The translations under genes were made by a program, and so were the position numbers. The notes under the pieces were generated by a model, which did no database searches, was not told where the DNA came from, and saw only the letters and a program-made list of their open reading frames with translations. A stretch of DNA of 63,283 nucleotides, filler included, from Anaerolineae bacterium (lineage in GTDB: Bacteria; Chloroflexota; Anaerolineae; Epilineales; Epilineaceae): assembly GCA_029262755.1 (NCBI GenBank). It is 4 parts of 4 records of this genome, joined end to end, with 100 filler letters (N's around TTAATTAATTAA, not from the genome) between each part and the next. Parts side by side here need not be neighbours in the genome. Positions count along the whole stretch, not along the records: positions 13,147 to 40,537 come from JAJCYU010000303.1; positions 40,638 to 58,099 come from JAJCYU010000304.1; 2 more parts are not named here. The stretch is one strand, 5' to 3'. Positions 39,166-49,900 of the stretch are shown piece after piece (within the stretch, counting starts at the first letter, position 1; every line of letters starts with the position of its first letter).

Positions 39166-39891
39166 CTAGAACAGGGCATCGTAGCCCACCGCGAAAATGG
39201 CAGCGTCCACAAGCGCGTGTCCGAGCCATGGTCCCCAGAGCGAGCCGCTACGACGGTACTGCGTCGCCCAAATGACGCCGCCAAGCGCAACGGCCGCCGA
39301 GAACAGCCACGTCCACGGCGAAGCTACGCCGAAGAACACGGCCAGCACCACGACATGGTGCGCGGCGAATGCCAACGACGCCACGATAACCGCGAGCGTC
39401 GTAGAGGTCAGCCGGCGGGCCAACTGCGCGAACACAAACCCGCGCCAATAGGCTTCCTCCAGGAAGGCATGGATCAGGCTGTAGAACACGCCGAGGCCTA
39501 CGAAGGCGGCGGGCGTTCCCACGCCGAAGCTCCGCGCCCTCTCGGCGCCGGCCGCCATGGCCGGCTCCAAGATTCCTGAGGGGATCAGCCAGCCGTACAC
39601 GGCGGCGAGGCCGATTGCGGCGACGAGGCCGCCGACGAGCGCGCCCGCCACGATGTCGCGTAAACGCGGCCATCGACGGCGGGGCAGATTCCCGACAACC
39701 AACACGAACCACAAAAGCGGCAGCCCGAACTGCACGATCTTGCCCGTGCTATACACGGCCTGCTGGCCCGTGCTCGCTGCGTCGGCCAAGGCGACGAAGT
39801 AGAGCCAGGTGAGCAGCGTCGGGAACGCGATTGTGATCGCCAACAGCCACAGCGGCGCGCGCGGAGCGGCATCGGACGATTCGCTCACCAC
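39166..39891 (-). CDS. CPBP-family (CAAX/Abi) intramembrane metalloprotease
   Basis: EEAYWRG, FAAHH and HALVD motifs; many TM helices. Confidence 0.88.
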   Translation of the reverse strand: MVSESSDAAPRAPLWLLAITIAFPTLLTWLYFVALADAASTGQQAVYSTGKIVQFGLPLLWFVLVVGNLPRRRWPRLRDIVAGALVGGLVAAIGLAAVYGWLIPSGILEPAMAAGAERARSFGVGTPAAFVGLGVFYSLIHAFLEEAYWRGFVFAQLARRLTSTTLAVIVASLAFAAHHVVVLAVFFGVASPWTWLFSAAVALGGVIWATQYRRSGSLWGPWLGHALVDAAIFAVGYDALF

Positions 39892-40173
39892 GCGCGTTCG
39901 ACCGTCTCGGGACGGTAGGTGCGAGGTAGGCGCGGGAGCAGGACAGAAGGAGTGGAGTCCATGGGAGACGGTGTCATGGGCACCCGTGTTTGTGCGAAAG
40001 GGCTCGGAGAAGGTTCGGCGGCCAACGATACCCGCCCGCTACAACGAACCCAACGGTCTGGTTGCGAACGCCTTCGCCAGAACACCGCCGCACCAATTCA
40101 TGACCGCACGAATTCGCGACCGCAAGAGCTGCGCGAATGCAGCCGCTCACGGCCTCGTGAGTACACGACCGCG

Positions 40174-40537
40174 CTACGAGCGAGAGCGCACGAAGCCCGT
40201 CTCGCGCACCCGATGCCCGGGGAACACGTCGGCGATGCGTGGATTGTTCAGGCGCCGCGTAACGAGCTCCGCAAGCACGTCGCGGTAGTCGGTGGTGACC
40301 GCGAGGTCGCCCGGCCCGACCAGCGCGTCGTCGTGCAAACCCGGCCATCGGCCGTGTACGCGGCCGCCGGCAATCCCACCGCCCATGAGCAGCAGCGCCC
40401 CGGCGTGTCCGTGGTCGGTCCCCAAGCTGGCGTTCTCGCGCACGCGACGGCCGAACTCGCTCATGACCACAATGGTCAGTCGGTCCATGTGGTTGTGCAG
40501 ATCCGCGTACAACGCAGCGAGCCCGCGGCCGAGATCC
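40174..40537 (-). CDS. DUF1501-family protein, C-terminal fragment truncated by the contig end
   Basis: VVMSEFGRRVRENASLGTDHGHAG...GGRVHGRWPGL...GDLAVTTDYRDV. Confidence 0.85.
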
Positions 40538-40637
40538 NNNNNNNNNNNNNNNNNNNNNNNNNNNNNNNNNNNNNNNNNNNNTTAATTAATTAANNNNNNN
40601 NNNNNNNNNNNNNNNNNNNNNNNNNNNNNNNNNNNNN
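40538..40637. other. Artificial contig linker
   Basis: 44 N + TTAATTAATTAA + 44 N. Confidence 0.99.
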
Positions 40638-40638
40638 C

Positions 40639-43600
40639 GACCGCGGCCTGGACGGCAACCTGGTCGACCGGCTCGAGATCGTCGACAGCGCCTTCGTGGA
40701 CGCCAACACCGGTATTCTGATCGATGGCGGCACGGACCTTACGGTCCGCGACAACACCCTCGCCGACGGCAGCACCGCCCTCGATTTGCGCGGCGTCTTC
40801 CCTGGTACGCTGGCCTTCCCCGGCGGCGTCATGATCGACGGCAACGACTACAGCAACGCCAGCAGCAACGGCATCGAGCTGCGCACCATGAGCGATCTCG
40901 TCATCAGCGAGGGCGCGGCGCTCGGCACGAACGTCAACGTGCTCGACATGAACGGCATGCGCACGCTGACCTCCGTGTCGGGCAACGCTCTCTACCTGCG
41001 CGACGTCACGGACACGGGCGTGTTCACGACGGATCTCGGCTGGGATGGGCCCTTCCCGAATCGCGACGGCCGCGGCGTCTTTGGTGACCTGAGCTACAAC
41101 GAGCGGGTGACGTTGGACGGCATTACCGCCACACGGCGCGTCGAGGCGATTTGGATCGACCAAGGTCGCGACATCACCGTCACGAACAGTGCGTTGCAGG
41201 ACAACGGTACGTCGATCCGAATGAGCAGCGTGATCTCCTCCGGCGCAAGCTGCGCCTTGCCCGGCTGCGTGAACATCTCCAAGGTCGACTACAGCGACAG
41301 CGACACGGGCCTCTACCTGCTCACGATGGCGGACCTCGTCATCAGCCCGGGCACCGAGGCCGGCACGAATATCGACGTGCGCAACGTGGACGGTACGGAG
41401 ACGCTGACGCTTACGAAGGAATATGCGATCCGATTGAACAACGTGGACGACTCGCTGGTGACGGACGTCGATCTCAGCTGGCGCGGCGTCAGCTTCGATC
41501 GCCGCAGCGGCAGCGGACTCTACGTGCAGAGCGGCAGCGACCGGCTGGATGTCGAGGACGTCGTGATCCAAGAGCGAGAGCGCGGCATCTACATAAATAG
41601 CGGCACCGACCTCGAGATCCACGGTGCAGACCTGTTTGGCAGCGGCGATCAGACCAACAGCGGCTGGAACGCGGAGTCGGCGCTGCACCTCGAGAGCATC
41701 GACCCCGGCACCGACGCGCTGCCCGGCGGCGTGGACATCGATGGGCTGCTCTTTGGTGACGCGGAGGCCGGCATCTCCATGCGCTTCATGAACGCGCTGA
41801 CCGTCACCGACGGCAGCGAGCCGACGACAAACCTCGAGGTGCTGGACGGCAGCGGGATGGAATCGGTTGTCTACCCGATCTTCATTCGTGAGGTGGACGA
41901 CTCGCTCTTCGCGGATCTGGACCTCGACTGGACCGCCAGTGGCGTCCGTACCGGTCGCGGCTTCGGCATCGGCCACAGCGCGGATCGTGTCATCTTCCGC
42001 GACGGGACCATCACCAACCGCACCATTGGAATCTATGACAACGGCAACAACAACCAGGACTTCACGGCCACGGACAACGACCTCTCCAACAACGATACGG
42101 CGCTGCAGATCCACGGCCTCCAGCCCGGCTCCGGCGGCCTGACCGGCGGCCTGCTCGTGGAGGGCAACGACTACTCCAACTCCGACACCGCCATCTACAT
42201 GCTCAACGTCACCGGCCCGGTCACGATGTCGACCGGCGCCGTGGCCGGCACGAACTTCACGGTGACCAACGGCGGCGGTATGGAGACCACGACCTCGGCC
42301 CGCGTCTACGCCGTGCGCTGGAACAACGTCGACGACGGTCACATCGAGGGCCTCAACCTCGACTGGGAGGGCAGCAGCACCAGCAGCGCCGACAAGAGCG
42401 GTGATGGTTTCCGCTGCGACACTGGCTGCGACAACCTGAGCACGAAGGACCTCTCAGCGCGCAACCGGAGCATCGGTGTGTACGTGAGCAGCTCCTCCAA
42501 CGTCGAGCACGACGGGCTGGACCTGCGCCACAGCGGCCAGTCGTCGAATGGTGCGCTGTACTGGAATAGCAATTCCGGAACCCGACTGATCACCGACGTG
42601 CACTTCGCCGACTGTCCCTACGGCGCGTGGTTCGAGAACATGACCGGGATCATCGCCTCGGACGGCTCCTATACCGGCACGAACGTCTTCATTGCCGACG
42701 ACAGCGGGCTGTCGAGCATCACGAACATACCCATCCGCCTGCGCAACGTCGACGACTCGGTCTTCGTCGACCTCACGCTGAGCTACACGGGCACGAGCCC
42801 TTCCGGCGGCGGCATCCGCCACGACAGCAACACGTCGACCAACCTGATCATTCGCGACAACGAGATCCACAACCGCAACACACCTCTGTACTTGAGCAGC
42901 GTGCCGGGGGTGCAGGTGCTCAACAACAGCCTGCGCGACGCCAGCGGCGTGCAGATCGAGATCCGCACTTCCGACGACGCGGTGGTTAGCGGCAACGATC
43001 ACACGGGCAGCACGGGCAACGGCATGGGCTTCTACGACCTGGACCGGCTCATGCTCGACGGCGCCACCGGCCTCGACCGGATCACGGGCGACGTGCTCTA
43101 CCTCGACGACGTGCAGGACACGACCATCGACGGGCTGGACGCGCGCTACAGCGGCGCGGGGCGCACGGGGCGCGGCGTGTACTTCGAGGGCGGCAGCTTC
43201 CGCAACCGCAACATCACGATCACGAACTCGATCTTCATCAAGCGCAACCAGGGCATCTTCTGGCGGCGCGGCTACCGTAGCAGCGACGGCCCCGCCAACC
43301 TGACGATCAGCTGCAACCGGGTGCACGACAACAACGTCGGCATCGACATCGGCCTCGCCGGGCAGACGGACACCTCCTACAACCCCTCCGGCGTCGTCGT
43401 CTTCGACAACGTGATCGGGCGTGACATCAGCGGTACGGTGGCCTTCCAGGCCAACAACACATGGGGCATTCGCCGCAACACCGCTAACGTGAACGTGCCT
43501 CCGGTCACCACGTTCCCTGGCGAGCTGGTCTTGGCCGAGAACAACTACTGGGGCGAGCCGGACGGGCCCTCCAACCTGGGTGGCAGCGGCGACGACTACG

Positions 43601-46600
43601 ATGGCAACGTGGACGCCGACCCCTTCCTGACGATCCGCCCAGCCTGCGTCAACGAGGGGCCCGTGGCGCGCGACAACGCCTACAGCGCGCGTAGCTCGCG
43701 CAGCGACCTGCAGGGCCAGCTCATCACCGAGAACACGGGCCAGGGTGTCGACAGCGACCGCGACGCCGAGGACCTCGTCATCACCGAAGTCAACGGCTCG
43801 CCGGCCAACGTCGGCACGCCATTCTCGCTCGGTTCCGGCGCGACCTTGGACGTGGCGTCGAACGGCGTGTTCACCTACAACGCCACCACCTCACCCTCTC
43901 TACTGGCGCTGCCCAGCAACGCCTACTTCACAGAGACGATCACCTACACCCTGGTCGACCCGAACCTCTTCAGCAGCACGGCGGTGGTCACCTACAGCAT
44001 CCAGGGCTCGGAGAAGGATTACGGCGACCTGCCCGACAGCCCCTATCCGACCCTCAGCACGACGATGGGCGCCGTCCACTTGTTGGATGAGGCGACCTTC
44101 CTCGGTCTTTCGGCCGACGACGACCTGGACGGCCAGCCGGACGACAACGCGGGCCTCAACCCGAACGCGGCCGGCGGCGACGACCAGGACGGCAACGACG
44201 ACGAGGACGGCATCGCGATGCTGTCCACCATCCAGGCCGGCAACACGGTCACGGTGGAGGTGACCACCTCGGTGACCGGCTACTTGAGCGCCTGGTTCGA
44301 CTACGATGCGGACGGCTCGCTGGAACCCGCGGAGCGCTCGATCAGCGACACCATGCTCGTCAGCGGCACGAACACGGTGAACTTCACGGCGCCGGGCAGC
44401 GTGGCGCCGGAGCTCTTCGCCCGCTTCCGTTACGCTCGCAACAGCGGCGTGATCACCCAGCCCACGGGCCTGGTGATCGGCGGCGAGGTCGAGGACTACG
44501 TGCTGCAATCGGTCGGCAACCTCGTCTACCGAGACAACGGCGACGGCGGCGGGATCGCCACGAACGGCACACGCGAAGGCGCCGAGCCCGGCGTGCCTGG
44601 CGCTACCGTGGCGCTCTACGCCGGCGGCGACACGCCAGAGGTCGACACGCCGATCGCCACGACGACCACTGACGCTACCGGCGCCTATACCTTCACCGGC
44701 GTCTACAGCGGCAGCTACGTGGTCCAACTGGCCGCGGCGAACTTCGGCAGCGGCGGCGCGTTGGAGGGCCTCGGCTCCTCCACCGGCGCCGGCGATCCAA
44801 ACGCCGACCTGGACGAGGACGACGACGAGAACGGCCTCGACGTGGGCAGCCCGATCTCCGACGGCATTCGCTCGGGCATCGTCAACGTGGTGCCGGGCAA
44901 CCTCCCCACGAGCGAGGACGGAAACGACAACACGAACCTGACGGTGGACTTCGGCCTCGTCGAGTTTGACTTCGGCGACCTGCCCAGCCCGCTCTACGCG
45001 ACGCTGGCGAGCGAGAACGGCGCGCGCCACGTGCTGGACGGTGTGACCTTCCTCGGCGCCGCGGTCGACCGCGACTCCGACGGCCAGCCCTCGGCCGGTG
45101 CCGACGGCGACGATACGGACGCGGGCGGTGACGACGAGGACGGCGTGACCTTCCTGGAGCCGATGCTGCCCGGCAGCTCGGCGGATATCGACGTGGAGGC
45201 CTCGGTCGGCGGCTTCTTGACCGCCTGGGCCGACTGGAACGGCGACGGCTCCTTCGCGGGCACGGGCGAGCAGATTTTCAACGACGAATCCCTGTCGGCC
45301 GGCAGCAACAGCCTGAGCATCGCGGTGCCGGTGGGCTCCATCAGCAGCACGCTCTTCATGCGCTTCCGCTACGTGGCTTCCAGCGGCGTCGTCACCGCGC
45401 CCTTCGGCGTGGTCAGCGGCGGCGAGGTGGAGGACTACGCCCTCGGCGCCATCGGCGACCGCGTCTGGATCGACGACGGCACGGGCGGCGGCACGGCCGG
45501 CGACGGCATGTTGAACGGCGGCGAGAGCGGCGTCTTCGGCCTGGCGGTGGAACTCTACGATGCGGCGGACACGCCCGAGGTGGACGCGCCGCTGATCTCC
45601 ACGAGCACGGACCTGGCCGGCAACTACCGCTTCAGCGGCCTCCCCAATGGCACCTACGTGGTTCACGTGCCCGCCAGCGAGTTCGGCTCCGGCGCGTTGT
45701 TGGAGGCCTACGCCAGCTCGGTCGGCTGGGGCGACCCCAACCTCGATATTGACGAGGACATGGACGAGAACGGCGTGGACATCGGTGATCCGATCACGGA
45801 TGGCGTCAGCTCGGACATCATCGGCCTGGTCCTTGGCGCGATGCCGACCAGCGAGGACGGCGACCCGAATTCCAACCTGACCGTGGACTTCGCCTTCGTG
45901 CCGCAGGTCGATATGCGCTTGACCATCGACTGCGAGGGCGAAGACGGCAACCCGGACCAGGTGCGCGCCGGCGACCGTTGGTTGTGCGAGGTCACGGCGG
46001 AGAATCTGACGATCCATCCGGCGCCCAGCCCCGTGCTGACGCTGACGATCGGCACCGGCATCCTCTACCTCTCCGACACGGACACCTGTGTCTTCTCGGC
46101 CGGCACCGGGCCGGGCGGCAAGGATCAGCTCATCTGCGATCCCTTCGCCAGCCCGCCGCTCGCGACGGCGCTTGCGGGCATGGATCCGGAGATCGCGACG
46201 CTCATCGCGCGGCGGGCCGGCCTGGACGAAGCGATGTCCGCGGCTGGCCTGGACGATGTCGACGAACTGCAACAGGTTGTGAGCAACTTCTTTATCGCAT
46301 TCGCGATCCCCTTCGAGTTCGACGGCGACTTCGCGACGCTGGAGGGTCTGCTCACGAGTCTGGGCCTGGAAATCTTCCCGGCCAGCAACTCCGCGCAGGA
46401 CGTCGACGTGGTCCTGCCGCCGGATCCAACGGCGGTCATCGTCAGTCGCTTCGACGTGGCCGTCGATGGTCAGGACGTGCGCCTGGCATGGGAGACGGCC
46501 AGCGAAGCCAACGTGGCCGGCTTCCAGCTCTACCGCACGGCGGCCTCCGGCGACGATTGGGTATCCGTGGGCGAGGTCGTTGCGGCAGAGGGTGGCGCAT

Positions 46601-46779
46601 CGGACGGCTCGAGCTACGTGATCAAGGACCATCCGGGCGAGGGTGCGTGGCGCTACCGGCTGGAGGTTGTGCTGCTCGACGGAGGGACGCGGGACGGGGG
46701 CATCACCAGCATCAGCGTGGAGGCCGAGCCCGAGCCGGCATTGCCGTGGCGGGCGTGGCTGCCGAGCCTGATGCGCTAA
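40639..46779 (+). CDS. Giant surface protein, 5'-truncated: right-handed beta-helix repeats, Ig/VCBS-like domain, 2x(GEVED + SdrD-B), DUF11-like domain, WETASE domain, LP tail
   Basis: The frame is open from the contig start. Shows Asn/Gly-rich parallel beta-helix repeats and NNYWG; DYGDLP...DDEDG...GEVEDY twice; GNLVYRD/GDRVWID...TDxxGxYxF...NLTVDF; PTAVIVSRF...LAWETASEANVAGFQLYR; ends AWLPSLMR. Confidence 0.9.
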   Translation, partial: DRGLDGNLVDRLEIVDSAFVDANTGILIDGGTDLTVRDNTLADGSTALDLRGVFPGTLAFPGGVMIDGNDYSNASSNGIELRTMSDLVISEGAALGTNVNVLDMNGMRTLTSVSGNALYLRDVTDTGVFTTDLGWDGPFPNRDGRGVFGDLSYNERVTLDGITATRRVEAIWIDQGRDITVTNSALQDNGTSIRMSSVISSGASCALPGCVNISKVDYSDSDTGLYLLTMADLVISPGTEAGTNIDVRNVDGTETLTLTKEYAIRLNNVDDSLVTDVDLSWRGVSFDRRSGSGLYVQSGSDRLDVEDVVIQERERGIYINSGTDLEIHGADLFGSGDQTNSGWNAESALHLESIDPGTDALPGGVDIDGLLFGDAEAGISMRFMNALTVTDGSEPTTNLEVLDGSGMESVVYPIFIREVDDSLFADLDLDWTASGVRTGRGFGIGHSADRVIFRDGTITNRTIGIYDNGNNNQDFTATDNDLSNNDTALQIHGLQPGSGGLTGGLLVEGNDYSNSDTAIYMLNVTGPVTMSTGAVAGTNFTVTNGGGMETTTSARVYAVRWNNVDDGHIEGLNLDWEGSSTSSADKSGDGFRCDTGCDNLSTKDLSARNRSIGVYVSSSSNVEHDGLDLRHSGQSSNGALYWNSNSGTRLITDVHFADCPYGAWFENMTGIIASDGSYTGTNVFIADDSGLSSITNIPIRLRNVDDSVFVDLTLSYTGTSPSGGGIRHDSNTSTNLIIRDNEIHNRNTPLYLSSVPGVQVLNNSLRDASGVQIEIRTSDDAVVSGNDHTGSTGNGMGFYDLDRLMLDGATGLDRITGDVLYLDDVQDTTIDGLDARYSGAGRTGRGVYFEGGSFRNRNITITNSIFIKRNQGIFWRRGYRSSDGPANLTISCNRVHDNNVGIDIGLAGQTDTSYNPSGVVVFDNVIGRDISGTVAFQANNTWGIRRNTANVNVPPVTTFPGELVLAENNYWGEPDGPSNLGGSGDDYDGNVDADPFLTIRPACVNEGPVARDNAYSARSSRSDLQGQLITENTGQGVDSDRDAEDLVITEVNGSPANVGTPFSLGSGATLDVASNGVFTYNATTSPSLLALPSNAYFTETITYTLVDPNLFSSTAVVTYSIQGSEKDYGDLPDSPYPTLSTTMGAVHLLDEATFLGLSADDDLDGQPDDNAGLNPNAAGGDDQDGNDDEDGIAMLSTIQAGNTVTVEVTTSVTGYLSAWFDYDADGSLEPAERSISDTMLVSGTNTVNFTAPGSVAPELFARFRYARNSGVITQPTGLVIGGEVEDYVLQSVGNLVYRDNGDGGGIATNGTREGAEPGVPGATVALYAGGDTPEVDTPIATTTTDATGAYTFTGVYSGSYVVQLAAANFGSGGALEGLGSSTGAGDPNADLDEDDDENGLDVGSPISDGIRSGIVNVVPGNLPTSEDGNDNTNLTVDFGLVEFDFGDLPSPLYATLASENGARHVLDGVTFLGAAVDRDSDGQPSAGADGDDTDAGGDDEDGVTFLEPMLPGSSADIDVEASVGGFLTAWADWNGDGSFAGTGEQIFNDESLSAGSNSLSIAVPVGSISSTLFMRFRYVASSGVVTAPFGVVSGGEVEDYALGAIGDRVWIDDGTGGGTAGDGMLNGGESGVFGLAVELYDAADTPEVDAPLISTSTDLAGNYRFSGLPNGTYVVHVPASEFGSGALLEAYASSVGWGDPNLDIDEDMDENGVDIGDPITDGVSSDIIGLVLGAMPTSEDGDPNSNLTVDFAFVPQVDMRLTIDCEGEDGNPDQVRAGDRWLCEVTAENLTIHPAPSPVLTLTIGTGILYLSDTDTCVFSAGTGPGGKDQLICDPFASPPLATALAGMDPEIATLIARRAGLDEAMSAAGLDDVDELQQVVSNFFIAFAIPFEFDGDFATLEGLLTSLGLEIFPASNSAQDVDVVLPPDPTAVIVSRFDVAVDGQDVRLAWETASEANVAGFQLYRTAASGDDWVSVGEVVAAEGGASDGSSYVIKDHPGEGAWRYRLEVVLLDGGTRDGGITSISVEAEPEPALPWRAWLPSLMR

Positions 46780-46998
46780 CGTCCGGCGTGAAATCGATCG
46801 AAGAATACGGGGCCTGTCGTAGTGTGTCATCCACGGTGGGCCCCGGTCACACCTTCTCCACATCGTCACCGGGTCGTATCCTTGTCCATACCGTGGCGTT
46901 GCCACCGTGAGTAGAATCTAAGAATGATGACCGTGTGGGCCGGGGACGGCGGATGAGCCGTGTCCCGGCAATTATGTTTCGCACGGCACAGGGGGAAG

Positions 46999-49900
46999 AT
47001 GATGAAAGTCACGCGACCGGGCGTCGCGCGGTGGCGATTGGCCACTCGCGCCGGCGGCATTGCGGTGGGAATATTTACGCTCGTGCTCTTCAGCCTGAGC
47101 CTTGGACTGGAGCGCGAGGTCAGGGCGCAGCCCTCCGCGCTGCTCAACGGCAGCAAGACCTTCGCCGGCGGCGCATCCGAGCTGTTGGTGGAGAGCGGCC
47201 TCGAATTCGAGTACGCCATCAACTTCCGCTGCGCCAGCGTCATCAACAATTGTCTCGACGCCGAGATGAGCGACGTCCTGGACGGCAACCTCGAGTTCGT
47301 CTCGGCCTCGGCGCCGCCGGACCTGGTCGACAGCCTGACCCACAATCCGGGCACGAACGAGGTGCTGGTCGACTTCATCGAGCCGCTTCCCGCCGGATCG
47401 ACGGGCCAGATCCGTATCACCGTGCGCTTCCCACCGGGTACCACGCCCGGCATCACGGCCACCAACCGCGTCACCTCGACCACGATGGGGAACCCGCCCG
47501 AGGTCACGGATCCCGTCACGGCGACGGTGGACGGCACCTTCGAGATGTTCGCGAACAAGGCCTTCACCGGCGACGTCGACGACTTCGTGATCGATGAAAA
47601 CGGCGACGGCTTCGTCACCACCTATCAGCTGCAGATCTGCAGCCCCGACTCGATCGGCGGCGTGGAGCTGGACAATCCGCGCATCACGGACACGTTGCCT
47701 GCGGAAGCCACCTTCGTGTCCGCATCGGACGGTGGCGTCTACAACCCGACGTTGCACGAGGTCTCGTGGACGCATGTGAGCGACGGCGGCGGTCTGCCCG
47801 ACTCGATTCCCGTCGGCGGCTGCTTCGAGGTCACGCTCAACGTCGCCTTCGACCCGAACGGGCCCGACGGGATCCCGAGCACCGCGGACGATGCCGACCC
47901 GGGCGATGTGGTGACCAACTCCTTCGACGTCACCGGGGACCCGGCCGACGGCTCGCCGCCGGTCCTCCTCACGGACCCGTTGACGCAGATCCTGGCGCCT
48001 CCCTCCGGCGCGGCCTCGCCGCAGAAGAGCTCCACGAGTCCCTCCACCTATGCGCCGACGGGACTCACCGAGGAGCTTCCGGGCGGCCCCATCACCTACA
48101 CCCTGGAGTACGCCAACGTAGGGACGCTCATCATCACAGACGTCACCGTGGTGGACCTCATCCCTGCCGGCATCCTCCTGCAAGAGATCCTGATCGGCCC
48201 CGCAAGCGACGGCGTGGTCGACGGCTTCTACATGACCAACCTCACCACCACCTGGCAGGCCCTGCCGGGGAATTCCTATGCGGCGCTGACCACCGTGCCC
48301 ACCTCCAGCCTCGGCCTTGCGCCCACCGAGACGGTGACCGCCATCCGCTATGACCTGGGGGACTTTCCCCTCGGCAGCGCGTGGAGCGACGGCGGCTTCA
48401 CCTCCATCGTCTCGCCCAGCATCACGCCGGAGCTGCTGATCGAGAATTGCGTCACCGTCACCGGCACCATCCAGGGCGACACGATGCTGGAGGATCTGGT
48501 CGAGTCGGACTGCGAGACGATCAACGTCATCGACGCGCGCTCGATCCCGGAGATCAGCAAGAGCGCGATCGATGAGAGCGGGGCCAACATCAGCTCGCTC
48601 GAGCCGCTTGACGTCTTCACCTACGTGCTGGACATCGGCAACGACGGCGTGGCGCAGCAGGCCCTCTTCGCGCCCATCACCCTGACCGACCTGGTGCCGT
48701 CCGATCTCATCGTCGTGGTCCCCGGACCGGGCGCCGGCGACGGCACGGGCTGGCAGACGGCCGCGCCGACGGACACGTGGTTCGCCTATTCCGCCAACGA
48801 CGGCGCGCCGATCCCCACCTCCACGCTAATCAGCAGTTTCAGCGGCACGCAGACCCTCGCCGAGTTCGCGTGGCCAGGGGCCGACCTGGCGCCCGGCGCG
48901 CAGCGCGTCATCAGCTTTGCGGTCAAGGTCCGCGTGGGCACGCCGCCTTCTGTGATCAGCAACCAGGGCACCTTCGCCTGGGATCCCGCCACCCTCAACC
49001 CGTTGCAGTTTGATTGCGAGGGGGCGGCCGCCAATGCCTGTGCGGACTCGGTGGACACCCCGGTCGTGATCGCGCCTTCCGCCCGCTCGGAGAAGTTCGT
49101 GCGTGGCGAGACCTCGCTCGACCTCGTGACGACGGACTTCAAGAAATTCGACGAGACGATCGAAGGCGGAGACGTCGATTGGAAGATCGTCATCACCAAC
49201 ACGAGCAACATCACGGCGAGCGAGTTGATCGTCTACGACATCTTCCCCTATGTGTCGGACACGGGCGTGATCGACCCGTCGGCGCGGGGAAGTGAGTGGA
49301 AGCCGATCCTGCATACACCGATCTCGGCGCCGACGGGCATTCCGTTGATCGTCGAGTACAGCCTGAGCACCAATCCCTGTCGTCCCGAAGTAGTGCCCAG
49401 CGGCCCGCCCGGCTGCGTGGACGACTGGACGACGACGTTCCCGTCGACGACCGTGGCGGAAATCAGCGCGGTGCGTCTCCTCTTCTGCAACGACGAGGCC
49501 AAGACGGATTGCCTGGAGCTTGGTCCGGACAGCGAGACCGTGCCGGGCGGCGTCGTGGAATTCGGATGGCATATGGTCGCGCCCAACAGCCTGGTCTCGG
49601 GCACGATCGCGTGGAATAGCTTCGGCTTCGCGATGAATGTGGGCGGCGAACCACTGCTGCCGTCCGAGCCGATTCGCGTTGGGATCCGCGGCGTTTCGCC
49701 CGATCTGCGAACAGGCGCCACGGTCGGCAACTTCGTGTTTTTCGATGTGCAGGGCCAGCAGGACGACGGCATCCAACAGCCCGTAGAACCCGGCGTCAAC
49801 AATGTTCGTGTCGAGCTCTGGGACTTCAATGGCGGCACGCCCGTCCTCGTCGACTACCGCTACACAGGGGACAACTTCGTCGGTGATCCGGGCTACTATC

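Noticed and set aside
39892..40173. Possible structured ncRNA or riboswitch between DUF1501 and CPBP; also the lower-GC region 56700-57080
   Set aside because: No recognisable Rfam-type consensus or convincing long stems by eye; an Infernal search would be needed.
43900..46905. 1001-aa minus-strand ORF and other long antisense ORFs (e.g. 40582-42342, 48826-50580, 5223-6419, 33277-34812)
   Set aside because: Shadow frames of high-GC coding genes; they lack domain motifs and fully overlap well-supported genes.
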